Source: Ignavibacteriota bacterium (GTDB lineage Bacteria > Bacteroidota > Ignavibacteria > UBA10030). Taken from it: a stretch of DNA of 64,000 nucleotides. The DNA lies in assembly GCA_963701295.1 (NCBI GenBank), contig OY969585.1, positions 1,536,001 through 1,600,000 of the forward strand. Direction: 5' to 3'. Each line of letters starts with the position of its first letter. The stretch's first letter is position 1. A program made the translations under genes and the position numbers. The notes beneath the pieces are model-generated. The model did not search any database and was not told the DNA's origin. It worked only from the letters and a program-made list of their open reading frames with translations. Below are positions 63,060 to 64,000 of the stretch, one piece after another.

Positions 63060-64000
63060 TTATTTCCTCACTAAAGAACCCTTTTGCATCTGTTCGAACA
63101 AGAATGAGCGCAGTCTCATTAATGAAGGACTAATCCCGACTTTGTATTGCTGCGGATTTTCAAAACGTTTATATTCCGGAGATAAGCAAACGAATCTGTG
63201 CGAGACATAACTTGCACTTTCTGTCGTAGTCGGCATTTTGCCGACGATGCGTCCATTTTCCATCATTTTGAACATAATGGGCTTTGCTGTGTACTCTTCT
63301 ACATTACGATGTTGTTCTGTAAAAAAAGGATGATAGAAAATATCAATACCCTCTTCTGTTTCCAGCATAATCCCGTCTGTATCAAAGTATCCATTCCCGT
63401 CAAAGTAGCGCATCACTTTTTTTCGTCCGGGCAGCGTTGTCCTTGCATAATTGTCCGAGAACTTTAGCGTAGGCTGATTCCCTATAACGCTTTGTTTGTA
63501 CACACCTTGCAAAACGGGGCAATTGTGGGCAGTCAAGAGACGTGTTCCAACGCCGAATCCATCAATGGGCGCTCCTTGTTGGAGGAGACTGCTAATGAGA
63601 ATCTCATCCAGTTGATTGGAAGCGACAATTTGTACATAATTAAGTCTTGCTGCATCGAGTTGCGCACGAGCCTTCTTGCTCAGAAGGGCGAGATCGCCAC
63701 TATCGAGCCGGATAGCTTTGAGTTTTTGACCTCTTGCTTCCATTTCCTTTGCCACCTTCATAGCATTTGGTAAGCCGCTGCGTAATGTATTATAAGTGTC
63801 GACGAGAAGGATACAATTGTCGGGATAGATTTCTGCATACTTGCGGAATGCGATTAGTTCATCGCCGAAACTTTGGACCCATGAATGCGATTGTGTACCC
63901 GTTACTTCAAGTGAGTAATGATAAGCAGCGTACACATTTGAGGTCGCATCCACTCCACCGATAATAGCAGCTTTGCTTGCGTGGATACCCCCTAAACCCT
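63060..64000 (-). CDS. pncB: Nicotinate phosphoribosyltransferase (partial; start outside the window)
   Basis: GGIHASKAAIIGGVDATSNV, GTQSHSW, LVDTY, IRLDSGD, ASNQLDE, GFGVGT. Confidence 0.93.
   Translation of the reverse strand, partial: GLGGIHASKAAIIGGVDATSNVYAAYHYSLEVTGTQSHSWVQSFGDELIAFRKYAEIYPDNCILLVDTYNTLRSGLPNAMKVAKEMEARGQKLKAIRLDSGDLALLSKKARAQLDAARLNYVQIVASNQLDEILISSLLQQGAPIDGFGVGTRLLTAHNCPVLQGVYKQSVIGNQPTLKFSDNYARTTLPGRKKVMRYFDGNGYFDTDGIMLETEEGIDIFYHPFFTEQHRNVEEYTAKPIMFKMMENGRIVGKMPTTTESASYVSHRFVCLSPEYKRFENPQQYKVGISPSLMRLRSFLFEQMQKGSLVRK

Overview
This 64 kb window is bacterial chromosomal DNA. It most resembles Ignavibacteriota/Bacteroidota, judged from a T9SS C-terminal domain, parA-parB-DUF5683 synteny and lepA-lepB-hemW order. 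Most of it is housekeeping (lepA, two lepB, hemW, gmd, parAB, uppP, speB-thyX-folA, purA, murA, eno, pgm, rlmD, cstA, pncB), plus two ECF sigma/anti-sigma clusters. I saw no rRNA, tRNA, CRISPR array, integrase or reverse transcriptase. The most interesting part is an AT-rich island at about 41.9-46.35 kb. It encodes a T9SS cargo protein, a secreted FISUMP protein, a CxxC thiol oxidoreductase and a decayed FGE-sulfatase gene. The FISUMP and FGE genes both end in a sharply bounded block of NNC/NNT codons that looks like a diversity-generating-retroelement (DGR) variable repeat, although no template repeat or RT is in the window. The T9SS protein carries two copies of a ~26-aa motif that is also the N-terminus of the FISUMP protein, which suggests a docking and surface-display system for a hypervariable binder. 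Other observations: small palindromic elements inserted in-frame in two genes, decayed attC-like/integron-cassette remnants, several pseudogenes and gene fragments missing from the ORF track, and ECF-type promoters. All family assignments come from motif recognition by eye, not database searches.
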